From contig PAVW01000006.1 of NCBI GenBank assembly GCA_002713205.1, positions 30,001 to 62,000 of the forward strand: a DNA stretch of 32,000 nucleotides. Reading direction: 5' to 3'. The notes beneath the pieces are model-generated. The model did not search any database, had not been told where the DNA came from, and saw only the letters and a program-made list of their open reading frames with translations. This DNA is from Nitrososphaerota archaeon (GTDB lineage: Archaea; Thermoproteota; Nitrososphaeria; Nitrososphaerales; UBA57). A program made the translations under genes and the position numbers. This document shows, one piece after another, positions 1 through 8,158 of the stretch (position 1 is its first letter; each line of letters starts with the position of its first letter).

Positions 1-566
1 TCAAATTGTGGTAAATTTTTGTCTGCATAATCATAACCTGCTTTAGAAACTTGTAAATTAACTTCCATAGCAGTTTGTTTCTTTTTTCCAAAATAATCAC
101 GAATAACGTTCGCCATATTTTCAAAATCTAAATCTAATAGCTTAATTAATGCACCGAGCGCAACCGTATTTTGTAAAATAGGATTACGTCCAATATCTTT
201 AATTATCTGACCGACAGGTAGAGGACATAATATTATATTTTCGTTGATTTTATCTTTATTTGGTTTAATTTTATCACTATTATACAATATTGCACCACCA
301 GGAACAATATCAACACAATTTCTTTCAAATTCACGCTGGTTTAAAGCAATTAAAAAATCAACTTTATTTCCATGTGTAAAAACTTTTTCATGGGATGCAC
401 GAATTTGTAACCAAATAAAACCTCCTCGGATTACAGATTGATAGCTATTATAAGCTAATAGATGTAAACCACTTCTTGAACAAATTTTTGCAAATGCTTC
501 ACCTGAAGAGGCTATTCCATCGCCAGCTGCTCCAGCTACACGTAATACAACCTCAGTTTTAGACAT
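1..566 (-). CDS. 2-oxoacid:ferredoxin oxidoreductase alpha subunit, N-terminal part (gene continues beyond the left edge)
   Basis: Absent from the ORF track because it has no stop codon in the window. Reverse-strand reading from the ATG (complement of 564-566) gives MSKTEVVLRVAGAAGDGIASSGEAFAKICSRSGLHLLAYNSYQSVIRGGFIWLQIRAS... and stays open to position 1. This pattern matches the gamma-type N-terminal domain of fused OFOR alpha subunits. Confidence 0.7.
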   Translation of the reverse strand, partial: MSKTEVVLRVAGAAGDGIASSGEAFAKICSRSGLHLLAYNSYQSVIRGGFIWLQIRASHEKVFTHGNKVDFLIALNQREFERNCVDIVPGGAILYNSDKIKPNKDKINENIILCPLPVGQIIKDIGRNPILQNTVALGALIKLLDLDFENMANVIRDYFGKKKQTAMEVNLQVSKAGYDYADKNLPQF

Positions 567-595
567 AGATCATCAAAGATATTAAAAAAGTTATA

Positions 596-850
596 TTATT
601 TAATCTTACAAATAAAAAATTTTAATGATTTTTCGGTTTTATTGAAAAAAATTAGATCGTGTCCTGTTTTTTTAACCCAAGATTTAATATCTTCTTCGGC
701 AACTGGATCATCAGCTAATACTTCAAGGATATCACCATCTTTCATTTCCAAAATTTTTTGACGTGTACGAAAAACCGGTTCTGGACAAAAATATCCCCTC
801 ATATCCAAGCTAAAATCAGGTTTTATAGATTTTGATTTATCATCATCCAT
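596..850 (-). CDS. tusA: TusA/SirA-like sulfur-carrier protein
   Basis: 84-aa ORF with the family-defining CPxP motif (MRGYFCPEPVFRTRQKI) and typical length. It ends 29 nt upstream of the OFOR start on the same strand. Confidence 0.8.
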   Translation of the reverse strand: MDDDKSKSIKPDFSLDMRGYFCPEPVFRTRQKILEMKDGDILEVLADDPVAEEDIKSWVKKTGHDLIFFNKTEKSLKFFICKIK

Positions 851-961
851 ATTAGAATTGAAAGAATATGAAATAAATAGTATTTGGATTTAGGTAAAAA
901 AAAAATATTATATTTATATCGAATATATTTTGTTTAATTAGTGTTATAACATTAATACTAA

Positions 962-2259
962 ATGAATATTATGGAATTCAAGCTGCCTAGAGGGATGAGG
1001 GATATAGAGCCAGCAGAATATGCTATTATCGAAGAGGTTAGAGAAGCTTTCAAACAAACATGTAAGGTTTTTAATTTTAGAATAATGGAGCCATCACCTA
1101 TAGAAATGTTATCAACATTAGAAGCTAAAGGAGACCTAGCAATCAGAGATGAAATATATTATTTCAAAGATAAAGGAGACAGAGAATTAGGATTAAGATT
1201 TGATCTAACGGTTGGTATAACAAGAAACATAACCCAAAAAAAAGGAATCGTATTACCGGTCAAAATTGGGACATTTGGAAGCATGTTCAGATATGATGAA
1301 CCTCAATATGGCAGATATAGATGGTTTCATCAATGGAATGCTGAAATTTATGGAGAAAATGAATTAGAAGCCGAAGCTGAAATTATAGATTTTACTACGT
1401 TTCTTTTTAATATATTAGGACTGAAAAATCTAATAATTAAAATAGGTGATAGAAGACTTGCAGAAGATTTCATAAGAAAAGAATTAAAAGAAAATGATTT
1501 AGAAACGGTAAAAAAATTACTGCGACTTCTAGATAAAACAAATAAAAAGAATGATAATGAAATAATTGATGAAGCGAAACAATCTGGAATATCAAGAGAG
1601 ATAATTATTAATCTTCTAGAATTTGGAAAAATAAAAGAATCGCCTGAACATTTAAAGAAAATGATAATATAAAAAATAGAAGATGTCAAGATATCATAAC
1701 TCTTGTAGATCTTCTTAAAGAACGAAATATTAGAAATATTGAAATAGACTTTGGTTTAGTACGAGGTTTAGATTATTATTCTGGTGTAGTATTTGAAATA
1801 ATCAATAACGATGATCCAAATATTGGATCAATTGCAGGAGGAGGAAGATATGACAAACTGCCAGAAAATTTTGGAAGAAGTGATTTAGGTGCGGTTGGAA
1901 TTGCTGGCGGGATAGAAAGAACAATATCTGCATTAATAAAACCATCAGATATATATAATAATATTATTTATATCGCCTATACAAATTATAAATTTAAAAA
2001 AGAGATACTATCCTTGACAAAACAACTTAGAGAACATGGATTAACTGTTTCTTATGACTTAACAAATAAAAAATTAAAGAGGCAATTTGAATTGGCTGCT
2101 TTACGGAACTGTAAAATGTTAATTCTATTTGCTGATAAAGAATATTCTGAGGGGAAAGTTATTCTGCGTAATATGACAACTGGAAAAGAAGATTTAATCA
2201 ATAAAAATATAATAAAAAAATCAATATTAAATGAATTAAATAAATTTAAAAAAAAATAG
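962..2259 (+). CDS. hisS: Histidine--tRNA ligase (HisRS), reading frame interrupted and requiring a -1 shift between 1648 and 1669
   Basis: Frame A (962-1672) encodes the HisRS N-terminus (KLPRGMRDIEP..., LRFDLTVGITRN). The -1 frame is open from 1648 to 2259 and encodes DFGLVRGLDYYSGVVFEI, GGGRYDKL and an anticodon-binding domain. That frame has no ATG/GTG/TTG codon before 2014, so it continues the upstream ORF rather than forming a separate gene. Confidence 0.85.
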
Positions 2260-2325
2260 ATAAGGTCATTAATTTAACCCATTTTAATCAAAATTTTAAA
2301 TGCTGTTACAGTTTATAATTAAAAG

Positions 2326-5300
2326 ATGAAGGAGAATCTAGTATTATTTTGTTTAATTTGTTTAATTTTATCGTTACAGACTGTAATTATAGTTCCGACG
2401 AGTCAAGGTGAAAGTGACGAAATTTCTATTGACGCAATTCCGTCAGAATATATTGTAATTACAAAAGGTAGCAGTGGAACAATCACACTAGATATAACAA
2501 AAGTAAATAGCACGTTAGGAAGTGGAAATCCTATAAGAACGGTGTCAATAAGTGTAGAGAATTTGCCTACTGGAAGTAGCGCAAGTGTTTCTAGTCCTTT
2601 TAGCACTTCGGTATTTGTAGGTGTGACAAGTTACAATTTAGACGTTACAATTACAGCACCTCTTAGCGTAGAAAGCGGGAGTTACAATGTAGTATTCAGA
2701 GCTACATTAGATAAAGATTCTGAAGATGTAAATACGAATGATGTAACAAAAACAGTAACTGTATATATTTCAGATTTTGAACTTTCCACATCATCATCTA
2801 CAGTTACACTTATGCCTGGTGAAAGTGAAGAGATAGTATTAACAGCAAAATCATTGAATAATTTTTCCGGGTCGGTGGATGTAATTTTACCAACAGTAAC
2901 GGGTGCAGTAATTGAAAACTTAGGAAGTCTAAACGTTCCTGAAGGAACTCAAGATACTACAAATATTAGATTTACAATAAACAGCAATGCAGTAGAAAAT
3001 GGTAATGGCGTTCCTGTAGATATAAAAACTAAAGTAGGAAATTTGGAACGTATAATCACAATTACTTTAAAAATTATTCCAAATACCCTTCAGATAGAAT
3101 TAACAGCAGATCCTAATCCTGTAGTTATTTTTCAAGAAAGTGTGATTACAGCGACTATCAAAGATGGTAACGGAATTGTGATTTCAGGAGCAAATGTAAC
3201 GCTATCATTTTCAGGTGGAAGTGGTAGTTTTTCAAATTCATTATCTTCTATTGCAGGTATTACTGATTCGAATGGAAAATTTTCCGATCAGTTCGAGGTG
3301 ATTAAAGGAGTAGTAATAATCAAAGCAGAAACCTCAAAAACCAACTATGGTACGAGTAGTACGACCATAACGCTAGGTACAAAAGGACATTTTGAACTTT
3401 CAGTGGAACCAGATAGTAACATAATAAATGCAGGGGATCAAAAAACTTTGACTGTGTCTGTACGATCAATTGATGGCTTTAATTCGCCCGTTAAACTGTC
3501 ATATGCAGGAGGAGGAATAGGGATTTCAGTAGAGTTCACTTCCAGTGATATAATAACGCCACCACCAAACGAGACTTCTGAAGCTAGTGTTTTAATTACA
3601 CTTTCAAATTCTGTAGATCCAAAACTTTACAGTGTGCAATTAATTGGGGTAGATACAATAACAGGCGAGTTGTCAAAGACTGCAACATTTTCTATTGATG
3701 TGCCGGAAGTCGATATAGCAATAACTATCACGCCAAGTAAACAAACTATTAATCAAGGAGATATAGCATTATTCAACATTACATTGTTATCACTTGGTGG
3801 TTTTCAAAGTGATGGTGTTACTTTAAAAACAGATCTACCTGACGATATGGAGGTGACGTTTATACCTAATCCAGTGACGTTAGAACCTGGTGGAAATAGA
3901 AAACTTCAGTTGCGTATAGAAACAAATGACAACACCAATCCAATTGATGAGTATCCCATAATTATTGCTGCAACATCTCTAAATTCTGAAACTACAATAA
4001 CTGCGTACTTGACGGTTAAAGAGTTATTCGATGTATTTTTTGATTCAACACATAGGATAGGGGGAGAAGAATTGGCTGTTGTTAAAATTTTTGTAGATGG
4101 TTTTCCAATACAAGAAGAAGATCTACCAGCTCATAGGAAATATGTCGAAGGAACAAATATCACAATAAAAATCCTCAACAATATAGTTGATGAGGAAAAG
4201 GGAGTACGATACAAATTTAATTCTTGGAACGATGGAAGTGTATCAGTGGAAAGAAAAATCACCGTGGATAGATCTTCGACATTTAGAGCGGAATTTGATA
4301 AAGAATTTTTACTTGAACTTAAAACTACACCAATTGGTGTTACAAAACCGTTAGGTGATGGATGGTATAAAGAATATACTGAAGTTTCAATAAACACAAT
4401 GCCAATAGTTGATATAACGGATACATCAAGATACAAATTTCAAAACTGGGACGGAGCAATATTAGCCAAAAATGAAAGGACGGATATAGTAATGGATGCG
4501 CCAAAACAAATTTTTGCGAATTATATATTGCAATATAGAATAAGTAGAACTGTAGAACCTGAATTTCTGAAGAATTTAATTAATTTGTCAGAAAAGGAAT
4601 GGGTTGACAGAGGAGCGCAAATCGATTTAGTAGCAGACGAAAAAGTCAACGAATATGGTTTTAAACAATGGATTATAGAAAGCAGTCTAGGAAGAGAGTC
4701 TATAATTAACAATCCTTGGAAAATAAGTGTCAATGAACCAATTAATATAATTTTAGAATATCAGCTTCTTCCTGATGTACAAATAGTATCAGTAAATATG
4801 GCAAATAACGGATTTGAAGGAGAATTTTCACATATGTGGTTGAATTTAGCGAATAATCATCTTAGAGGAGGAGACATAATAATAAAAGTAGAAACGAGCA
4901 TAGATGGACTTGTAATTACACCATTAAAAATTGAAATGTTTATCGATGCAAATGAAGAAAAGACAATATCATTTATGATTAATTATACAAAACAAGGTAG
5001 CGGAACAATAAAATTTACACTGGAAAAGACTGCACAGATGGAATCGAAAGAGTTTTATAAAGAATTTAAAATATTTTCACAGAATGAAAAGAGAATTGTG
5101 ATAAATATGGGTAAATCTCTTAGTGCTAAGCATCTTCCTGAGTTTAATAGTTTAATGGAGCCAAATGATAGAGTAATAATTTGCGCGACAGAAATAATTG
5201 AACAAACAATGCTACAAGAAAGTGCGACTGAATTAGAAAAAGCAAGATTAATTTTAAAATTTTTGTCATCGAGAATTATAAGTGTACCTGAAATACAACC

Positions 5301-6756
5301 ACGTAGTGTATCAGAACTAATACGTGAATTTGGAGTTATGGGTTGTGCAAATAGTAACAATATTATAGAAGGAGACTCAAGAACAGCACAAATACTATAT
5401 GGAGGTTTATTGAGATCAATTGAAATTGAAGTAAGACCGGTTATAGGCATCTTAGGTACGTCGACAAATATGATTTCGCCAAATGTTGAATTACATGCAT
5501 GGCTTGAAGTAAAATTAGATAACCAGTGGATAATTATCGATCCATCAACTGGGATAATGTCTATTGATTTAATACTGCCGGAGAATGTACAAGGAGAATT
5601 TAATCAACGTGAGATATTCAATGCAATACCAGAGCAAGGTGGAATATTATCAGCTATGATGTATAAATGCATTACGATATGTAATATAGATATAACTGAA
5701 TCATACAGTGGAAAAGTGCCAATTTTTAATCCAGGGTCAATGATTTTTGTAGAAGGAGATGTAAATGTGAATATAATAGACTCAAATCGTAATTTCATCA
5801 CTAATGGAACTTTAGTTACATATTCATGGTCAGAGAATAATCAAGAAGAGAGTTTATCAAGATTTGTAAAGTTAATTATGTTGTCAGAAGGTGTAGATCT
5901 GCAATATATAACAATAAACATAGAAGGGCAATTGGGAAAACAATTTCAACTAAATATATTGAATTCGATTAATTTTGAATATAAAGTAACTTCTATTTCA
6001 CCGACTTTATTTTCAAAGTCGGAAGTAGAATATAAAATTCAGATAGAAGGAAATAAATTATCAATATATGAATTTGTTACGTTGGAATTCGAAGAAAATG
6101 AAATTGATATTATATCAACTTCATCAATAATTAGAGAAAGTCAACAAAGAAGATTAACGGCAATAGAAATTACAGTAGCTGGTAATAAAGGCAATACAGG
6201 AACAGTGATAATAAGCATACCTAGAGAAATATTTTCAGAACTGAATTCAGAATCAACAGATATAATTGTAATAATAGATGAACAAAGAGTACCGGTAGAA
6301 ATAATAGATGATGAATTAATACCAATAATAAAAATAAATTACATATTTAATATGGAAAAAGAAATTCAAGAAAAAAGAATCATAGTTTTCTTAAAAACAT
6401 ATAAAGTTTCATTCGAATTGAGAGATCCACTAAATAGAATAATTAATAATGCCGAAATAAAAATGATCGGGGAAACTGAAAATAGAACGCAAATAAGTAA
6501 CCAACCAATATTTGAACAACTTCATCCTGGGAATTACAAATTTACAATTAATTATAGAGGCGAATTAGAAGAGATTTCAAAACGAATTAATGATGATGAT
6601 ATAAACGTTAGAATTAATTTATTTAGATCAGATTCTATGGTTAGTTTCATAACAGCAGGTATTTTTATAATAATTGCAGTAATATCCTTCGGTATACAAA
6701 TTGCTCTTTCAAAAGTAATACCTGAAGATAAAAAGAAATCAGCTTCGGGTTCTTAA
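2326..6756 (+). CDS. Giant (1476 aa) membrane-anchored surface protein with multiple Ig-like modules, InlB-B-repeat-like motifs and a transglutaminase-like core
   Basis: N-terminal signal-peptide-like segment MKENLVLFCLICLILSLQTVIIVPTSQG. C-terminal TM helix (VSFITAGIFIIIAVISFGIQIAL) followed by a basic tail. Serial ~100-aa beta-rich modules resemble CARDB/Big-type domains (e.g. ITATIKDGNGIVISGANVTLSFSGGSGSF...TDSNGKF). Three copies of a Y-[KG]-F-x-x-W motif (RYKFNSW, RYKFQNW, EYGFKQW). Transglutaminase-like G-x-[C>S]-R...HAWxE...D core around 5290-5560. Confidence 0.8.
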   Translation: MKENLVLFCLICLILSLQTVIIVPTSQGESDEISIDAIPSEYIVITKGSSGTITLDITKVNSTLGSGNPIRTVSISVENLPTGSSASVSSPFSTSVFVGVTSYNLDVTITAPLSVESGSYNVVFRATLDKDSEDVNTNDVTKTVTVYISDFELSTSSSTVTLMPGESEEIVLTAKSLNNFSGSVDVILPTVTGAVIENLGSLNVPEGTQDTTNIRFTINSNAVENGNGVPVDIKTKVGNLERIITITLKIIPNTLQIELTADPNPVVIFQESVITATIKDGNGIVISGANVTLSFSGGSGSFSNSLSSIAGITDSNGKFSDQFEVIKGVVIIKAETSKTNYGTSSTTITLGTKGHFELSVEPDSNIINAGDQKTLTVSVRSIDGFNSPVKLSYAGGGIGISVEFTSSDIITPPPNETSEASVLITLSNSVDPKLYSVQLIGVDTITGELSKTATFSIDVPEVDIAITITPSKQTINQGDIALFNITLLSLGGFQSDGVTLKTDLPDDMEVTFIPNPVTLEPGGNRKLQLRIETNDNTNPIDEYPIIIAATSLNSETTITAYLTVKELFDVFFDSTHRIGGEELAVVKIFVDGFPIQEEDLPAHRKYVEGTNITIKILNNIVDEEKGVRYKFNSWNDGSVSVERKITVDRSSTFRAEFDKEFLLELKTTPIGVTKPLGDGWYKEYTEVSINTMPIVDITDTSRYKFQNWDGAILAKNERTDIVMDAPKQIFANYILQYRISRTVEPEFLKNLINLSEKEWVDRGAQIDLVADEKVNEYGFKQWIIESSLGRESIINNPWKISVNEPINIILEYQLLPDVQIVSVNMANNGFEGEFSHMWLNLANNHLRGGDIIIKVETSIDGLVITPLKIEMFIDANEEKTISFMINYTKQGSGTIKFTLEKTAQMESKEFYKEFKIFSQNEKRIVINMGKSLSAKHLPEFNSLMEPNDRVIICATEIIEQTMLQESATELEKARLILKFLSSRIISVPEIQPRSVSELIREFGVMGCANSNNIIEGDSRTAQILYGGLLRSIEIEVRPVIGILGTSTNMISPNVELHAWLEVKLDNQWIIIDPSTGIMSIDLILPENVQGEFNQREIFNAIPEQGGILSAMMYKCITICNIDITESYSGKVPIFNPGSMIFVEGDVNVNIIDSNRNFITNGTLVTYSWSENNQEESLSRFVKLIMLSEGVDLQYITINIEGQLGKQFQLNILNSINFEYKVTSISPTLFSKSEVEYKIQIEGNKLSIYEFVTLEFEENEIDIISTSSIIRESQQRRLTAIEITVAGNKGNTGTVIISIPREIFSELNSESTDIIVIIDEQRVPVEIIDDELIPIIKINYIFNMEKEIQEKRIIVFLKTYKVSFELRDPLNRIINNAEIKMIGETENRTQISNQPIFEQLHPGNYKFTINYRGELEEISKRINDDDINVRINLFRSDSMVSFITAGIFIIIAVISFGIQIALSKVIPEDKKKSASGS

Positions 6757-8076
6757 CAATTTGTTTAAATTTTTATCATAAATTACGAAGGTATTTTCTA
6801 GTTTTTTAAGGTCATCTTCAGTAATATTGAATTCATCCCATAACTCCATATCATGAATATACGACTTAAAACTGTCATAGCCATTTTGCAATGGCTTAAT
6901 TATATTTTCTAATTTTGCGCCACCTAATAATAATAAAACATCCATTCTATCAGAAGTCTCACGTACAGGAACAATGTGTAACAATGATTCTTTGAGTGCA
7001 GGAAATCGTTTTCTATTCCAAGAATTATAATCATCTTCTATACGTTTAGAAGATATATTTTGGAGAACAGTTTCAGGAACTCTTATTATAGCAATACTTA
7101 GAATAATTGATTCAAATTCAAATGGCGAAAGTGGGAAATATGCAGCGTCGTCAAGAATATTTTTTATATTATCATATATTTCATAACTTCTCCCATAGAC
7201 ATAAACCGGAGAAAATGCAAGTACTTTTAGAGATTTTGCAATTCGACTTAAGTTATTAATAGTAGTTCCATGTTCAGATATCAAATTAAGCATTCGAGGA
7301 ACTAAAACATCTGAATTTAATGTTTTACCAGAACGATCTATTCCTATCATTTTCTCAAGTGCATTACCTTGAAGAACCACCAATATATCTCCAGAAGCCT
7401 TTTGACTTTTAATTATTCGAGAGAGGCCACAATATGCATTAAATTGAATTTGATCAGTATCAGTAGTCGATGGTAACACAGAAAAAATAATTCTAGATGT
7501 TCCTTGGTTAATTGATTGGATTTTACGAAGGACATAAGGCGTTATAGCAGAAACTAATGGTTCACCCAGTAAACCAGTCAATATAACAGTCTGGTCTTGG
7601 ATATTCTCATTAATACCGACTCGTCGGATGTGATCATCTAATTGTTTATTTTCAGACAAATTAGATCCTATACCGCTCCAGAGATTAATTTCATTACTTA
7701 TATTCAAATCAAATTTAAATATTCCATTATTTGATTCAACATTATTATTTTTTATATCTGAAAACGATTCTAAATCCGATTTAGAAGAACCCAATACCAA
7801 ATAATTAGAAGATGATTGGTAGGTATGTGTACTGAGATTAAAAATAGTTTGAGAACCGTATAAACCAATACCAAGATTAATAATTTTTTTACTTTTCGTG
7901 AGGTTTTGATTTGTAAACATATCAATAATAAATTTTAATTCTTGTTGAAAATTAATAAGTGGTGAATCACAAGTTGCGCAATCATCTAGTCCGCGGACAT
8001 TCTTATGTCCATCAGGACATAAAATAAAGGAATCAGAATTTGATTTACGATTATTAGGACGAATTCTAATATTCAT
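6739..8076 (-). CDS. Degenerate FtsZ/tubulin-like protein with N-terminal Cys/His zinc-ribbon (probable non-GTP-binding paralogue)
   Basis: The ORF is open to ATG 8160, but ATG 8076 (MNIRIRPNNRK...) leaves an 82-bp divergent promoter gap, so I prefer it. Zinc-ribbon-like CPDGH-x10-CATC lies at 7969-8019. The order of FtsZ landmarks is kept: KKIINLGIGLYGSQ (G-box 1 position), WSGIGSNLSEN (T3/T4 position), QTVILTGLLGEPLVSAITPYV (signature position, GGGTGSG lost, 7549-7578), RIIFSVLPSTTD (T5/T6 strand), DILVVLQGNALEKM, INNLSRIAKSL (T7 position, NxDxxD lost). Confidence 0.6.
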   Translation of the reverse strand: MNIRIRPNNRKSNSDSFILCPDGHKNVRGLDDCATCDSPLINFQQELKFIIDMFTNQNLTKSKKIINLGIGLYGSQTIFNLSTHTYQSSSNYLVLGSSKSDLESFSDIKNNNVESNNGIFKFDLNISNEINLWSGIGSNLSENKQLDDHIRRVGINENIQDQTVILTGLLGEPLVSAITPYVLRKIQSINQGTSRIIFSVLPSTTDTDQIQFNAYCGLSRIIKSQKASGDILVVLQGNALEKMIGIDRSGKTLNSDVLVPRMLNLISEHGTTINNLSRIAKSLKVLAFSPVYVYGRSYEIYDNIKNILDDAAYFPLSPFEFESIILSIAIIRVPETVLQNISSKRIEDDYNSWNRKRFPALKESLLHIVPVRETSDRMDVLLLLGGAKLENIIKPLQNGYDSFKSYIHDMELWDEFNITEDDLKKLENTFVIYDKNLNKLLRTRS

Positions 8077-8158
8077 GTCAATAATAGAAACCACATAGTG
8101 ATACAAATAATTTTTCCAAAAATACGTAAATACTATAGAAATATTCGATAAAATAAGC
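8077..8158. promoter_or_regulatory. Putative divergent promoter spacer between the degenerate FtsZ-like gene and the GRAM/PH-like gene
   Basis: 82-bp AT-rich gap if the minus gene starts at 8076. TATA-like stretches lie about 25 nt from each start (ctatagaaa near 8133-8140 for the plus gene; aaattattt on the minus strand near 8105-8115). Calls of this kind are weak in such AT-rich DNA. Confidence 0.25.

Noticed and set aside
244-441. 65-aa plus-strand ORF from the track
   Set aside because: It lies entirely antisense to the well-supported OFOR alpha-subunit reading frame, has a TTG start, and has no recognisable motif. It is a shadow ORF.
851-961. Calling specific TATA/BRE promoter elements in this and other intergenic spacers (e.g. 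2260-2325, 24119-24231)
   Set aside because: Nearly every 8-mer in these spacers is TATA-like because of the base composition. Without transcription start data, individual calls would be arbitrary.
1348-1689. 113-aa minus-strand ORF opposite hisS
   Set aside because: It is low-complexity Ser/Phe/Ile-rich sequence antisense to clear HisRS coding sequence. It is a shadow ORF typical of AT-rich coding regions.
1678-1715. Hairpin as a frameshift stimulator downstream of the hisS slippery heptamer
   Set aside because: It is only a 7-bp AT-rich stem with a 24-nt loop, and it starts about 20 nt after the heptamer rather than 5-9 nt. That is too weak and too distant to count as support for programmed frameshifting.
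2403-5801. Several 65-131-aa minus-strand ORFs inside the giant surface-protein gene (2403-2606, 4131-4436, 4521-4733, 5055-5450, 5604-5801)
   Set aside because: All are antisense to one continuous 4.4-kb ORF with coherent domain structure. None has motifs or its own intergenic context.
2326-6756. Possible tandem DNA repeats in the giant gene
   Set aside because: The repetition is at the level of ~100-aa protein modules with low sequence identity. I could not find near-identical nucleotide repeat units, so it is not a repeat array or an assembly-collapse candidate.
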